A model generated the notes under the pieces. The model did not search any database. It was not told the origin of the DNA and saw only the letters and a program-made list of their open reading frames with translations. A stretch of 57,536 nucleotides of DNA, filler included, from Bipalium vagum (lineage: Eukaryota), in assembly GCA_037834085.1 (NCBI GenBank). It is 3 parts of 3 records of this genome, joined end to end, with 100 filler letters (N's around TTAATTAATTAA, not from the genome) between each part and the next. Parts side by side here need not be neighbours in the genome. Positions count along the whole stretch, not along the records: positions 1 to 17,926 come from JBBMKC010046341.1; 2 more parts are not named here. One strand, written 5' to 3'. Both the position numbers and the translations under genes were made by a program. Positions 1-12,690 of the stretch are shown one piece after another. Positions within the stretch are counted from its first letter, which is position 1. Each line of letters opens with the position of its first letter.

Positions 1-689
1 ATTATTATTATTATTATTATTATTATGGTTATCTTTTGGATTGTATTAATGTATTATTTATCAAATATGACATGATGAATTGATTTTCATTCTTATAATT
101 TTCTTTTGCTAATGCCTGATAGATATATTTATATACCTTTATTAATATATTATATTTGTTTCGAGCGAAAGATAAATGAACTAAAATATAAAGTCTTGAT
201 GTCCTCTGTTTTCGTCGGACCTATCGGTTTTTAATTTGATCAATTTTTAAAACAAGAAGCCTTCACTGATTAAGTAAATATAAAAACACCCAAGAATTTA
301 TGGGCAATCACTTGAATGGAATTATGAAATTTTCCCGTACTGAAAATACATAATCTAATAAAAATAATGTTTATTAACATTAATAATATTATTAAAATTA
401 TTATTAATATTTAATAAACGTTAGATTAAATTTTCTGTATTTTAACGTAAATCGGATGCTTCATTTGTCACAACCTAATAAATGAGATTAACAAATTATT
501 ATTTTTGTTTTGCCATTTATTATACATCATTTTTAACTGGATAATAAATAGAAAAAATCAAGATTTTCAGTACTCTTCCACCTTGATAATATTAATTTTG
601 TTAATATTATAAAAATTAAGTCAAGTTTGGAGGTAGTTACATCGTATTCATCGCATTCAACAGCCTCTATATTTCCCTGACATGAACCT

Positions 690-1583
690 GGTGGACAGGT
701 TTTTTTTCCGCAATATGGAAAGGAAACGTAAAGATAAAAATTCGGTGGTGAACAAGAAAGAGTTTTGGCCCTAGTAGAGCAGCAGCCCAGTACAAGCACC
801 CGAAGACTGTCAGAGGAGCTCAAGCACCATCGTTCGTCATATGCATGACACGGGTTTTGTAAATAAAAATCCTTTTCGAGTTCCCCACGAATAGACTGAT
901 AGTCAAGCCAAGCGTCGACAACCACTTTTGAGGTGCATTATTGTAGGACATAAAAAATTGGTTTTCTTCCATAATTCTAGTAAAGGTGGGCTGTGGCTTA
1001 TTCCTGGCAAGCCAACTCATAAATAGTTTCACCAGATCGCTTCGAAAAGAAATTGATTTTGTGGGTTTGGTGTAATTACGAGGGGCCAGTGCACTGGGAA
1101 CTTATTCCGGATGATCGAGCTATCGATGGTAACCTTTATGCTGAACATCATGATGCTTTGAGCACTCATTATCCAGCATTGTTGAATGGCGGTAGAGCAC
1201 TCCTACAGTATGATAATGATCCACCTCATATATCACGAATAGTGAAGTGGAAAATTCAGGAACTGCAAAGCATCGAAGTCATCCACCAGCCAGCGTATAG
1301 CCCGGATTTCGCTCCTTCTCATAATCATATGTTTCGGTCTCTTTCACATTTTTAAAGAGGGAAACGCTTTGGTTCAGAGGAAAAGCTCAAAAATGAAATA
1401 GCCGAATTCTTCACCTCAAAAAACCTAAGTGGTGTCGCCATGGAATTGAGCAATTGGCAGAAAGATGGCTTTGGGTTATAGAAACTGATGGACTATATTT
1501 CGAGGATTAATGTGATCTGTGTTTAAAAAATTTGTAAATAAAGTATTTGCTTAAGAACATGAATAACTTTTGACTCAACCTGA
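690..1583 (+). mobile_element. Degenerate mariner transposon
   Basis: Frameshifted transposase pieces RVPHE, LWVWCNYEG, YDNDPPH, PAYSPDFAPS and ERWLWVIETDGLYFED*. 3' TIR-like ...TCAACCTGA followed by TA. Confidence 0.85.
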
Positions 1584-2384
1584 TAATAGAAAGTGTGAAA
1601 ACAGAATGGAAAATTATTTCAAAAGACTTGACATAACACAAAAATTTTAGTAAACCCATTCTTGATTCTTTCCTTACATCTTGTGGTGTTCGAAACCTAT
1701 GTTCTCGATTTGTGCCGAGATTTTTGAATGTTAAAATGTGACATCATTTTGATATTTTTCAAAAACATCTAAATATTCTTAACAGTATTGTTGGGGGCAA
1801 CTTGAACAGTATCAACACAGGACGAAATAAAACTATCCTTGAATATGGTTAATATTCGAATTAATATTAACTAATTTTCCTTACTCCAAATTAAAAAATA
1901 ATGATCCGTTCTAAAACCACTAATGACTGATGAGTAAACTTTCAACCAAGTCAGACAATATTGAATACACCTACTCACAAACATACAACCCACCAATACA
2001 CCAATTCCGACCCATCAGCTTGTCTCAAACACAAAATTTTTCTAATATCCATTTACTCACTACAACAACAAGTCGTGTACATTGAGAATGCTAAGGAGAA
2101 AATTCCAGGGAATTATTCCAGTAAGCCCCACTTACAAACCCCATACACAAGCAAGCCATAAATCCTTGCCCAACAAACTTTTCCACCAAACCGACGGCCA
2201 CACAACACTTCCCCTTGGCAGATAAATAGCCAAGCCTAAGCTGCATCAAGTCTGATATTTTCCTATTTCAGACACACTGCATTGAGTTTGCCCTCCTTTC
2301 GATGAACAAAAACTCAACAATATGCCTAAGTTAAAGTGAGAATCTCTAGAATGGAAATTGCCTGACTAGTTCAGTTCAAAGAAA

Positions 2385-2735
2385 ATGTGGTCATCGGAAG
2401 TGCTTAATGCTGTGTCTTTTGGAATGCTAATTTTTGATAGATTTCATTGATAATAGAACAAGAATAGACAATTCTTATTATTTAAATCTCGTGCAAAGAA
2501 TAAAAAAGCATCGACCTGTTCAAACTTTATCTGCACAACACAACAATGTACACTAGTGTCACTAGTGACTTTGTTTGTTCAGTCACTTAAATAGAAATTA
2601 AGGGTCATTCAGTTTATTAACAAATTGGATGAATTTTTATGAAGGATAAACCTCAAGATTTCTATAAGAAAACTTTCATAGATTTTGCATCTAGCTAAAA
2701 ATAGTGCATCGACTTCCAAGAAAGTGCTTTTAAGA
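2385..2735 (+). mobile_element. Highly decayed mariner fragment
   Basis: A C-terminal-like KPQDFYKKTF...CIDFQ and an HDN-like remnant. A further LCSRFVPRFL piece lies near 1700. Confidence 0.45.
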
Positions 2736-3475
2736 AATTGTGTTTATGTTGATGGTATGTGTTTTTATAGAAATATTATCAGTTTTGGATATCATTCTAT
2801 ACGAGTGGCAATACATTTTTTGGCTTTATGCCACACAAAAATTACTTCTGTAAATATTCTAATATTAACCAACTACGCCTGATCTGACTCCTAAATCTTT
2901 TGTAACTTTAGATTCTACTACAATCTCACGGACAAATCAAATAATGTTTAACCCTAACTGACTTTATGAAGCTTTGCTCAAAATAAAAAAAACCGTAAAT
3001 GCTATTCATGCAACATCACGGATTAATACTCAAAACTTCCCTGTATTGTTATCACTGTACGTCAGTACTCGAATATACTAGCTACTGTTTGTACGTTCAA
3101 ACTATTTTTTCATTATTCAACCAGTCAGCAATAATAACGATAACACAGAATAAAGTAATCACATGTCACAAAATTATTAAATTAAAGGATTATTTAATCA
3201 ATAGTTAGAGTTATCGAAAATGGAATAAAATAATCCCTTCCAGGTTCATGGCCAGCAAAGAGTCTCTTATCGGATCATTAGTTAATGATCGAGCTCGAAG
3301 GCGCTTGGATATGGAAAAAAACAGGAAATCATTGTACCAAGTTTTGTTTTTGTTTTATCTTTTTCACTTTTTTAACTCATTAACTCTTCTGTCTCAGTTC
3401 CACCACGTTATTATCAACCTTTATTAAAATCTTTTCCCTTATTAATTACTATTTTATCTTTGATTTTTAAAAAAA

Positions 3476-3511
<36 letters not shown>

Positions 3512-3868
3512 TTCTGCCAATCAAATGATAATTCCAACATACATAGAAGATCTACTTAAGATGATAATAAATTTATAAATTAATTGTATAATTTATAAAA
3601 GCACAACAATAAATGCTTTTGATCTTCAAAGAAAAATTGACCTGGAAATTTTTATGTTTTACATTTTTTACTAATTTTTTAGACACTTGCTTAAATTATT
3701 ATGTGTAGAGAAACAAACTAAACGTAAAAGTAATAAAAAGAATGTTTGATTTCTTTTATCGAAATCCCTTTTGATCCTATGAAAGGCAATTTTATTTTCT
3801 GAGAGCATTCGTACATAATTTTGAAATATCAGAGAAGTTATCTAATTTTAATTATTATTATATGATAA

Positions 3869-3905
3869 TATGTACACTATGTTCCAAGCCATAAATCTTT
3901 ACAAC
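3869..3905 (-). promoter_or_regulatory. NRE-like element in the hb 3'UTR (GUUGU box + Pumilio site UGUACAUA)
   Basis: The minus strand reads GTTGT (3905-3901) and TGTACATA (3876-3869), about 40-80 nt after the stop. An AATAAA follows near 3795. Confidence 0.45.
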
Positions 3906-3947
3906 CTAGATTTATAAATAATAAAATATCAAAATTGCAGTTAAAGT

Positions 3948-4697
3948 TCAATGTCTCAGTACACTATTTTCATATTGGTTCCAAAGGTTTTCTGTAAATT
4001 TTGAAGACACGGTTGAGTGAATTTGGTTTTTTATTGGATTTTTTGAAGTTAAATCGAGTATGAACGGTTGATTTAAATTTCCTTCAAATATGTTAGACAG
4101 TTGATTTTTATTGTTTGATGATAAATTGACTAATTGATTGCTGAAAAAATTGGATTGATTATTTGAAGGGGGTGATTGGATCAGCAATGGTCTTGATTGT
4201 AAGCAAAATCCTGGTAATATTCTCAGTGCATTTGTCTTAGCCGTTCCAGTTGGAAATAGTGAATGAGGAAACATTGGTCTAACCACATTATTAGAAGATG
4301 AGCCTAGTAATCCTCGAGTATGGGGACCTCTTTTCGTACTAAGTATTTCAGCTGAATTGTCATATGATGGTAAACTGCCATCTGGATTTAAAACAGAAGC
4401 GGGATTGTGACTTTGTTTTAACAAATGAAGTTTCAAACTATGACAATATTTTGTGGCATAATTACAATCAGCACATCTGTACTGATATACATTAGTATGA
4501 GATTTCATATGGCTATTGAGCATTGATTTATTAACACATTGATAATTGCATTTTGGACATTTGTAGGGCTTACTGCCGAGATGATTTCGCAGATGATATT
4601 CCAAATGATGCTTGTATTCGGTGATGAATGAGCACTTCGGACATTCAAGATATTTGTTCGGCTGAAGATGTAGCTTTTGGTGTTTCCAGTGCTGATC
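3948..4697 (-). CDS. hb: hunchback, terminal coding exon 4 (central DNA-binding fingers)
   Basis: Contains the diagnostic Hunchback fingers [39 protein letters not shown] and [18 protein letters not shown], followed by VLNPDG. Acceptor at 4698-4700 is in frame; TGA at 3950-3948. The four exons total 1695 nt = 564 aa + stop. Confidence 0.95.
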   Translation of the reverse strand, partial: DQHWKHQKLHLQPNKYLECPKCSFITEYKHHLEYHLRNHLGSKPYKCPKCNYQCVNKSMLNSHMKSHTNVYQYRCADCNYATKYCHSLKLHLLKQSHNPASVLNPDGSLPSYDNSAEILSTKRGPHTRGLLGSSSNNVVRPMFPHSLFPTGTAKTNALRILPGFCLQSRPLLIQSPPSNNQSNFFSNQLVNLSSNNKNQLSNIFEGNLNQPFILDLTSKNPIKNQIHSTVSSKFTENLWNQYENSVLRH

Positions 4698-5984
4698 CTA
4701 ATTTAAACCATGAGTTTACTTTCGATTGTATTACAACATAAATAATATTAATAATTAACAATAATTTCGGAACTCATGCTGCCATTCTACCTCTAAATAA
4801 TTATTGCGCCTAAATCATTTCAGCGAATCAAAATAAAGACCAAAGCCGCCTGAGGTAATAGACAAAGGAATGATAATATTAAATCATTTAGTGAGAAATA
4901 TTGTATCTAAACAATGACCACGATTGAAAAGAGTATGAAGAATTTTGTAATTAAAATATATTTACAGTTACATTCCATATTATATAAAAAATTTCCATAG
5001 TTTTCCTTTTGTTATAAAATTCGTATTTCTGTTTAAAATTATAAAATATAAAATGTTTGAACCAAATGTGAAAATGATAACCGATCATTTCTTCATTTAT
5101 ACAAAAGAAGTCAGGCAAACCTCTTGGAGTTTTGAAGATAAGCGGATTAGAAAGATCTACTTATAAAAGGGTATGTAGACGGTTGCAAAGAATTCGGTTT
5201 TTTTGTAAATCTTTTCTGTTCATTGTGATTTCTTTGACCGTTACAGTAAGCAAAAAGTTCATAGCACTTCATAAAATATTAACGTTAATATTAGCATTCA
5301 GTGGTGAACCATGTTAATGTTTTTGCTGGTTAGTTTTCCGTGTAACCTAAAACTTAACATATACAACAGCTTTGTCTTCAAATCTGTAAGTTTTCTACAC
5401 ATTTTGAAATGCTGAAATAATTCTTTTTCATTTACATGATTTCTGCCTACGACTTGATTGTCAGGGTATAAAACAATAATTTTGGATTTAGATCTTGACT
5501 TTAAAAAAAGCATACTAGTCCTGTTATATTATTGATCCATGAATATTTAGGCCTCAGTTTTATGCACTCCATCAAAATCTAAGAACAAAGTAGTTCGAGG
5601 TGGAAATATACTGTTCCAATTATTTCATTTTTTGAGACTGTAACACCCTTCTCATTGTACAACATTCAATCATCAATATTTTTAATTTTTGATTTTCTTC
5701 CTTTTCCAATTTTACAAACAAAATTGGATAATGACTTAAATCTTTAGAAATTCGGTCACTTTCAAAAATGTAATTTTTTCCAATTTTCAAAGCGATTTCG
5801 CAGTCAGATAATCAAAAAATTTTTAATTTCACTAACTTAGATAAAATTTTAAAGTATTTCATTATTCTTCGTTCATAAAGATATTGATTCTGATTTGCGG
5901 AATACATTTTAGATATCATTGTTATGGATAAGAATTTTAAAAGTTCTCATTCAATATGATCTTTCTCTAGTCAAAATCTACAGT

Positions 5985-6360
5985 GAGCGAAAGTCAAGCA
6001 TTTCCAATGCCAAACGCTGACGAAATGTTAGATTAGTTAGATGGAGCACGTTATTTTAGCGCAATAGACCTGGGTAATGCTTATTATCAAGTTGAATTAT
6101 ATAGAGATTCGCAAGAAAAGACTGCTTTTTCTACTAGAGAGGGACAGTAGTGTTTTAATAGAATGCCATTTGGCATTGCAGTGGCACAGGAACGTTTCAA
6201 GAGGTAATGACAAAGGTCATCGGTAAAATCAAAGGACCTATGGTATATCTATTCTGGTTTTTACGAGCAGTTTGGAAAGTCATTACAATGTCTTAAATCA
6301 AGTATTAATGAGAAGTTGGTTTAAGAATTAATTCCAAGAAATGCCACTTATTAAAAGAAA
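5985..6360 (+). mobile_element. Ty3/gypsy reverse transcriptase fragment (inside hb intron 3, antisense to hb)
   Basis: AFPMPNADEMLD*LDGARYFSAIDLGNAYYQVEL...EKTAFST...FNRMPFGI, with stops and a frameshift. Confidence 0.88.
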
Positions 6361-7355
6361 TCAAATTCAATATTCATTGTGTGAATAAAATTTTTCTTGG
6401 ACTAACAATAAGTAATAAGTTATATATTTTTCTTTTGAAAGACACGACCTATTTGATACACGAAGTTATGGTCAAATTAAAAGTTGTTAAAGTAAAATTC
6501 TGGAAATAATTTTCTTGCATCTGAGCATCAGTAATCATTGTTAAGGTTTACATATCTGACAATTATCCGTACATCTTATTGCATAGATCCTATTAGTATT
6601 AATAAATAACTTTAATTATGTAATTGCATTTGTATGATACATGAGTGTAAAGGTCCGTGTAGTACGATTCTTTGATAACATGTGGTTTTAATTGTTCAAT
6701 TAATTAATTAGTAATTATTAATTTTTTAAACTATTATTTAATTTTCTACCGTGAAAACATAAAACCTAAGACTAGTTATCGAGAGATGAATGTGACAAAC
6801 CACAGAGTAAAGGAAATGATAAAATCAAAAGTTTATTATGAGAAATATATTCATGGTTTATATTGGTTTATCATTCGAACCCAAACTAAGAGTAGTAATG
6901 TGCTCAACAGTTTTCTGCATGATCCAAAAAAATTCAATTAGGAGATTCTTACAGAAGCGTATTAAATTAAAAGGGGTAATGAATAAAATCAGAATTTTTT
7001 GATCAAAGAAGTCATTATTTAATTAAGAATGATGCTTCGAATTCTTTTCAAATGATATCAACTGGTATGATCCAAAAGTAAGGGAGAACTTATATATTTT
7101 GTAGCAAGAAATATATGTTATTAAGGTATGAAGTATATTTATTCTAAATTGAAGAGAGTAGAAATTAAAGTTCTTAAAGGAATTTATATTTAACAGAAGT
7201 TCTTTTACCATATTTCAAGGAAAATAAATATTTTGCTTACAAAAACAAAATTTTTCACTTTAGAAAATAATGTTATATTATACTTTTGAAGCATAATAAC
7301 AAATTTTCAAAACTGACAAAAACCTTTCATAAAAATTCAGAAAATTTTCACTCAC

Positions 7356-7573
7356 TTTTGATTCCGAAACAAAATTGCAATGTTTACACTTGTGAAACTT
7401 TGGAATGTGCTTCATTGCTTTCTGACCGGAAAAGTTGTCAGGTGGAATTTCAGAGTGAAAGTCTTTAATATGTCTTTTTAATCTTCCTTCAGTGCGGGAT
7501 GCATAGTCACATTTTTCACATTTGAAATCATAATGTCCTCGAAGATGATTTAGAAAACCGTCTTGATTATTGC
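7356..7573 (-). CDS. hb: hunchback, coding exon 3 (N-terminal fingers 1-2, start of central finger 1)
   Basis: tatttag acceptor. Translates NNQDGFLNHLRGHYDFKCEKCDYASRTEGRLKRHIKDFH...KCKHCNFVSESK. GTGAGT donor at 7355 (phase 0). Confidence 0.9.
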
Positions 7574-7622
7574 CTAAATAATACTCATAATACTGTCTTT
7601 ATAATTGGTTTTATATGTTTAC

Positions 7623-7930
7623 CTCGGTAATCACATACATGACAATAAAATATGCCCTCCTTGTTTGGCTTTACAGCTTTGTTTTCGCTCCAAGACTTTT
7701 CGGAACCACTACACATTGTATGTCTGGAATCCAATTCATTTATATCATTATTTAAACTTAGATCTTCCATTATTCCAGACTCATTGATGACATCTAACTG
7801 ACCTGGTTCTTTCTCACTTTTTCTATGAATTTCAGAGACAGACATCAAAAAATTATAAGCACCTTTACCATATTCGTTATTTTCTTCTGAGTCTTTTGAG
7901 TTTAATGTGATGGACGTGACAAGATTATGC
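7623..7930 (-). CDS. hb: hunchback, coding exon 2 (start of N-terminal zinc finger 1)
   Basis: Acceptor at 7931-7933. Open frame HNLVTSITL...GIFYCHVCDYRG, then GTAAAC donor at 7622 (phase 1) and a 49-bp intron. Confidence 0.85.
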
Positions 7931-8299
7931 CTAAGAAAAATAAAATAATATTATTCAATTAGGTTTAATAAAATAAGTGTTAAATAAAATAAACAATATA
8001 AATAGAATAGTGAAAATTAATATAATTATTATTTATTATATTAATATGTATTAAATTTAATTGATAATTTTCTAAGAGATGAACTACGATGTAGCATTAA
8101 ATATTATTAAATCTTTATATTTTATTATTATTATTATTATTTTAGGTAATTAGTTTTGAGTTTAATCACTAATGAAAATATTATGGAAATTTATATTATT
8201 ATTTATTATATTTTAATTTTTATAAGAGTTCAGTAGTTTTCGAATGATTTGACTTTATTTCTACAAATGTTAGAGTAAAAGTATTTTTGAATAACCTAC

Positions 8300-8718
8300 T
8301 TTAAATCATTCAGAGGAACTGAATTCATCTTTTTAATATTAGTAGTTACTGACGTGTTTGGTGGAATTGGAGGTCCTACAATAGAAGTTGGAAGACTGTG
8401 CTCAAAATTATGTATTGATGGAAGACCGATGGGATATCTTAGAAGAGAGTGAACTGGGGATATCTTACGATTATTAAGATTTGTGGCTAATTCTCTATTG
8501 AATATGGGATGAAATTGTAGTAATAAATTCTTTTGAACAAATGGAAATAAGAACGGAGTTGAAAGATCTTGCATTTCACTAAGAATGGAAGAAAATGGAT
8601 CTAGTATTCTTCGTGTTGATGGAAAAGACATCATTTGATTTCCGGTTGCTTCTCTTGCATTAATAAATGATTGCAAGTCAGCCAATTTGTAGAGAAACTG
8701 CTTTTGTTGTTCATCCAT
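8300..8718 (-). CDS. hb: hunchback, coding exon 1 (N-terminal Pro/Ser-rich region)
   Basis: ORF MDEQQKQFLY...VPLNDLK ends at a GTAGGT donor (8299, phase 2). This joins in frame to the ttttcttag acceptor before 7930. Confidence 0.75.
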
Positions 8719-10739
8719 TTTGTCTTAAATAAAATAATACATATAAAAAAGTAAATAACACAAGACTTTTTCATCATTAGTACAAAAAATAAAAACAATG
8801 ATAATAATTAATGAAAAAAACCTTTAAAATTCTAAATCTAAGCATTTGTATATCATTTTTATAAAAAAAGGTGATTAGTAGATTTTAATTAATCAACCAA
8901 TTAAAGTCGAGTGTTAAATATGAATGCATAAAAAGCTTAATTTAATTGGCTATTCGCAAAGAAACTGTTCAAAGACAAATTGACAAATTTTTATGTTTTC
9001 TTCTTGGATGAATAGGACGCTTTGGATTTTTGAATTATGATAAATTTTATATATATTTCTCTTTCGCATTTAAACGGTAATTCTCTGGAGTGAGACTAAT
9101 ATCAAATAAAATTGGAGTTCATATTTTATTTGTTCTAAACAAATTATATATGCATAGCAAAGCAAGTCAATAAAATACATAGATTGACAAACCGTACTAT
9201 TGAGATCTATTAAACCATCAGAAGAAGCCGTGCTGTCAAAAATCGCATTTAGTTTTCATTAGAAATTAAATGATATCATATATTTAGTAATAAAAATAAA
9301 ATAAAATGTTTCTCAAAATAAATAATGATTAAGACACTTAGATATCGTTATTATTGTCTTTACATTTCGCTTATTTAACATTTTTTAGAAATATTTTCAT
9401 TTAATATTTATTTAATGCAGAAATATTGACAAAATTTTAAATTTTTGTTTAAAACGTCGTACACTTTCTTATTAAATTTTCTTATTGATTATTTTAGTGA
9501 AAAGAATATTTAACTAATAATATTAACTAATAATAACAATAAAATAAATATTTTTTCTTGTTATACACAAATACTAGGTAACATAAAAAAGAAAATATTC
9601 TACATCATGTATCAATTTTATTTTTTTCTTTATATTCAGATCTTTAAAGAAAAATATAATGATTTTCCTTTATTGTAGTTTATATATTTTTATTTTTATT
9701 TATAAATAAAATTATTTCCCATTACCTTAGTCAATTGGAAAATTTTATCAATCTGGAAAATTTTTAGCCTGAAAAATAAGGAAATACTTCTCAATGTTTG
9801 TGTATGATGGATGTTCCAATATGTAATGTAAGATCTTCAATTTTGTTATGGCAAGAGCACATTTGTTAACCGATGTATTATTCTGATTGAATATAATTTT
9901 TTTTACTAATGAGAGTCTTTTAATATAAATTCAGCTGGTCATTTATAGTTTACTAGTTTTGAAGGTAATCAATTAACAAAATTCCTTTTACAACTCAAAA
10001 AAACATATATCAATATGGTTTTGACAAATTTGGTTCTTTAATGTATCTTTAGGCTGAACTACTCTTTGTGCTGCTTTTCAAATTTAGGGTCATACTGATA
10101 AATATAAGTTTAATCCATAGATAAAAATAGATTAATATTTTAATATTATATATTTACTACCGATCAAAAGTATTAGTGATTTTAAAATATAACATAAATA
10201 GAACACTTTTTTATGACAAATGTTTTACAGTTAATTTATTTATAAAATTTGACAATCCTTTTCACATTTATTCGAAATAAGAAGTAAAAATATTTGTCTT
10301 TAAATTAAACGCAACATAAAAAATAATATTAAACTATAATGGAATCTAAAAATAAATGCAAAAGTTAAGAAAGAATCTTATTTAAATTTCGAAATTCACG
10401 TAACTTCTAGTTTCTGAAATCATTACTTTATACCAAATTAAAAATTTCGTTTGAGATTTGCAAACTAACATAACTATGGTATTTGCATAATCTGAATAAG
10501 CTTTTTTGAAAAAGAAGATCCTTACGATTACAATCTATTCATGTTATATCGAAAATTACAGCTTATCTATAATTTAGAACGAGGAGAATTCGAAAAGTTT
10601 CGGGAATGGAGAATATGGAAAAGTTTAGTAAAAAATAAAAAATGTTAGATTTAATTCTATATTAATTTTATCTAATGATAAAATCGCTTTTGTTTAAATA
10701 AATATTTACATTTAAATATGGCATACAAAACGGGAAATA

Positions 10740-11380
10740 TGAATTTATGAATGGAAAACTTTCGAGCAATGATTTTTTATATGATTTTTGATGTCGGTTG
10801 ACACAGAGGCAAATTTCACATTACCTCCATCGAAAAATACAGTGTATCTGCCGTTTCATGAATATTAGTCAGGACGTCTGTTTGGATGATGATTTTAGAG
10901 AAGCTATGTTCTCGTTGGATACCACATATCCTTACAATTGATCAAAAATGAGATCGCGTTAATTGGTGTTAACCTATGGTCGATAAATTTAAACAGGTGA
11001 CCACAAAACATGTTTATGACATCGTCAGTGGCCATGAATCATGGATATACTCATGAGCTCGAAACAAAGCAACAGTCAACTGTTTGGGTTTCAGGGAGAA
11101 AAATTATGAACGAAAGTTTTTCGATCCCGGAACACCTAGCAAATGGTTGCCTGCTTTGTAGCCAAATCAGGTCATGCCGCTACCATCCCTTTAGATGATC
11201 GTCGCACAGTTACTTCGAATTGGTATACTACAAACTGCTTACCTGACCTCCTCAAAGAATGTAGAAAAACAACTCGAAATGCTTGATCATGATAATGCAA
11301 CTCCCCATACAGCTCATAAAACAATCGATTTTTTTGAGGACTCAAACGTTGAATTATTAAGGTCCCATTTTAACCAGTAA
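10740..11380 (+). mobile_element. Degenerate mariner transposase
   Basis: Fragments ENFRAMIFY, IVSGHESWIY (GDESW-like), ETKQQSTVWV and HDNATPHTA. Confidence 0.8.
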
Positions 11381-11819
11381 TCTATCATAACTGATTAATA
11401 AAAAACTACCTTTTTCAAACAGAGTTGACATTTAAATCTTTGAAAAATCAAAAAAAACTAAATATTTAAATTGATGGTTTTGAAGTAGTATATATATGGA
11501 CAATGATAAGTACACACCTTTAAAATCCATAGTTTTTATATAACTAATGCATTTTTAAAATTATTTCTTATTTATTCGTTTTAATTTTTTTAACAAAAGT
11601 GAAAAGAAAACAAATGGAATTATATATAGTAGTATAAATATTTTCTAATTTTGTTTTAATAAAATATTTATTTAAATGCATGCTTTTAAAATATTAAGTG
11701 CCGATTTATCAGATTTTATGAGTAAAAGAATATATTAATTAAAATTTGATGCTCAATTGCGGTTTATTTAAATGTCTAGAAATAAAGCTTTTAAATGTTG
11801 TCAACGACTGCAAAAAAGT

Positions 11820-12175
11820 CATGCCAAAGCAAAGAGAAAAGATTAAAAAACAGTAAAATCACAAGTGACCTGGATGAATGTCATATCGCATGAAATTGTG
11901 AAGCAAATCGGTTTAGAGGTACTGTTGAATTACAAAATGAAATTATCACAAATATTTCTGCATGAACTGAGTAGACGACTTTGTGAAAATGAACTTGTAC
12001 GTATACACCCAGGCGAAATCCAAACTATATCAAAGATAGAAAGATAGAAGAAGTGAGGGGTTACTAAATCACTTACGTTGAATATTAAATGACTGGTCTC
12101 TCATTGTCTTCAGTAATGAGAGTAGGTTTTCATGAAGCACTGATGATGTTCAGTGTGTGCGCCGATGTATAAGAG
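11820..12175 (+). mobile_element. Tc1-like transposase fragment
   Basis: WSLIVFSNESRF resembles WxxVxFSDESRF; preceded by an MPKQR start. Confidence 0.55.
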
Positions 12176-12538
12176 AACTGTATAATAAAAAAATGCCTAC
12201 TTATGTTGAAACAGAGGTAATTGTCTGATTTTTGGTACTGTATGTATACGTAAATTCTTACCATAATAATACATTAAAAGAAATTGTGCTTTTAAAATAT
12301 GAAGAGTCATTAACAGGCAGATGAGCCAGTGGTTTCGACCTGATGAAAGAAATATCTTCCCGGACATAGAGGAAAAGTTTTTGTATATCAAATCCTTATT
12401 AGGTAAACATTGATAAATTTGTCGAGTAATTACTGCTCTTTTGTAAAAGAAGATCTCTTGTGGTAGTCGTGAGAAATTACACAGTCGTAAATAAGGGTTT
12501 AGAAGATTATTAAAAAATATCGATGTGCATGTCTGCTA

Positions 12539-12690
12539 ATGTCATATATTGAAGCATTTCAAAATTCATTTTGTTTTAAATGTTCTATGAATATTCCGAC
12601 TGATAATAGTAAGGGATTTGTAAATTCAAGAATTAAGGGTCTGTGTAATAATAAACTATTAATTGAGTTCGTAAAATCAACGTACTTTTC
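12539..12690 (+). mobile_element. Possible retroviral-type (rve) integrase core remnant
   Basis: PTDNSKGFVNSRIKGLC..IEFVKS resembles the xTDNGxEFxN integrase motif. Confidence 0.35.

Noticed and set aside
533-1032. Minus-strand ORFs of 130 and 70 aa
   Set aside because: Antisense shadows of the plus-strand mariner.
1928-1950. CTGATGAG hammerhead ribozyme core
   Set aside because: No stem II followed by GAAA and no closing stems.
3273-3298. GATCATTA-GT-TAATGATC inverted repeat with an adjacent TCGAGCTCGA palindrome
   Set aside because: Too short to distinguish from chance, with no supporting context.
3860-3950. Remnant or alternatively spliced C-terminal hb finger after the stop
   Set aside because: No frame or plausible splice yields a CxxC...HxxxH pattern.
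12333-12377. CTGATGA-AA-GAAA minimal hammerhead-like arrangement
   Set aside because: No stem II G-C pair, and stems I and III are mismatched; chance is likely.
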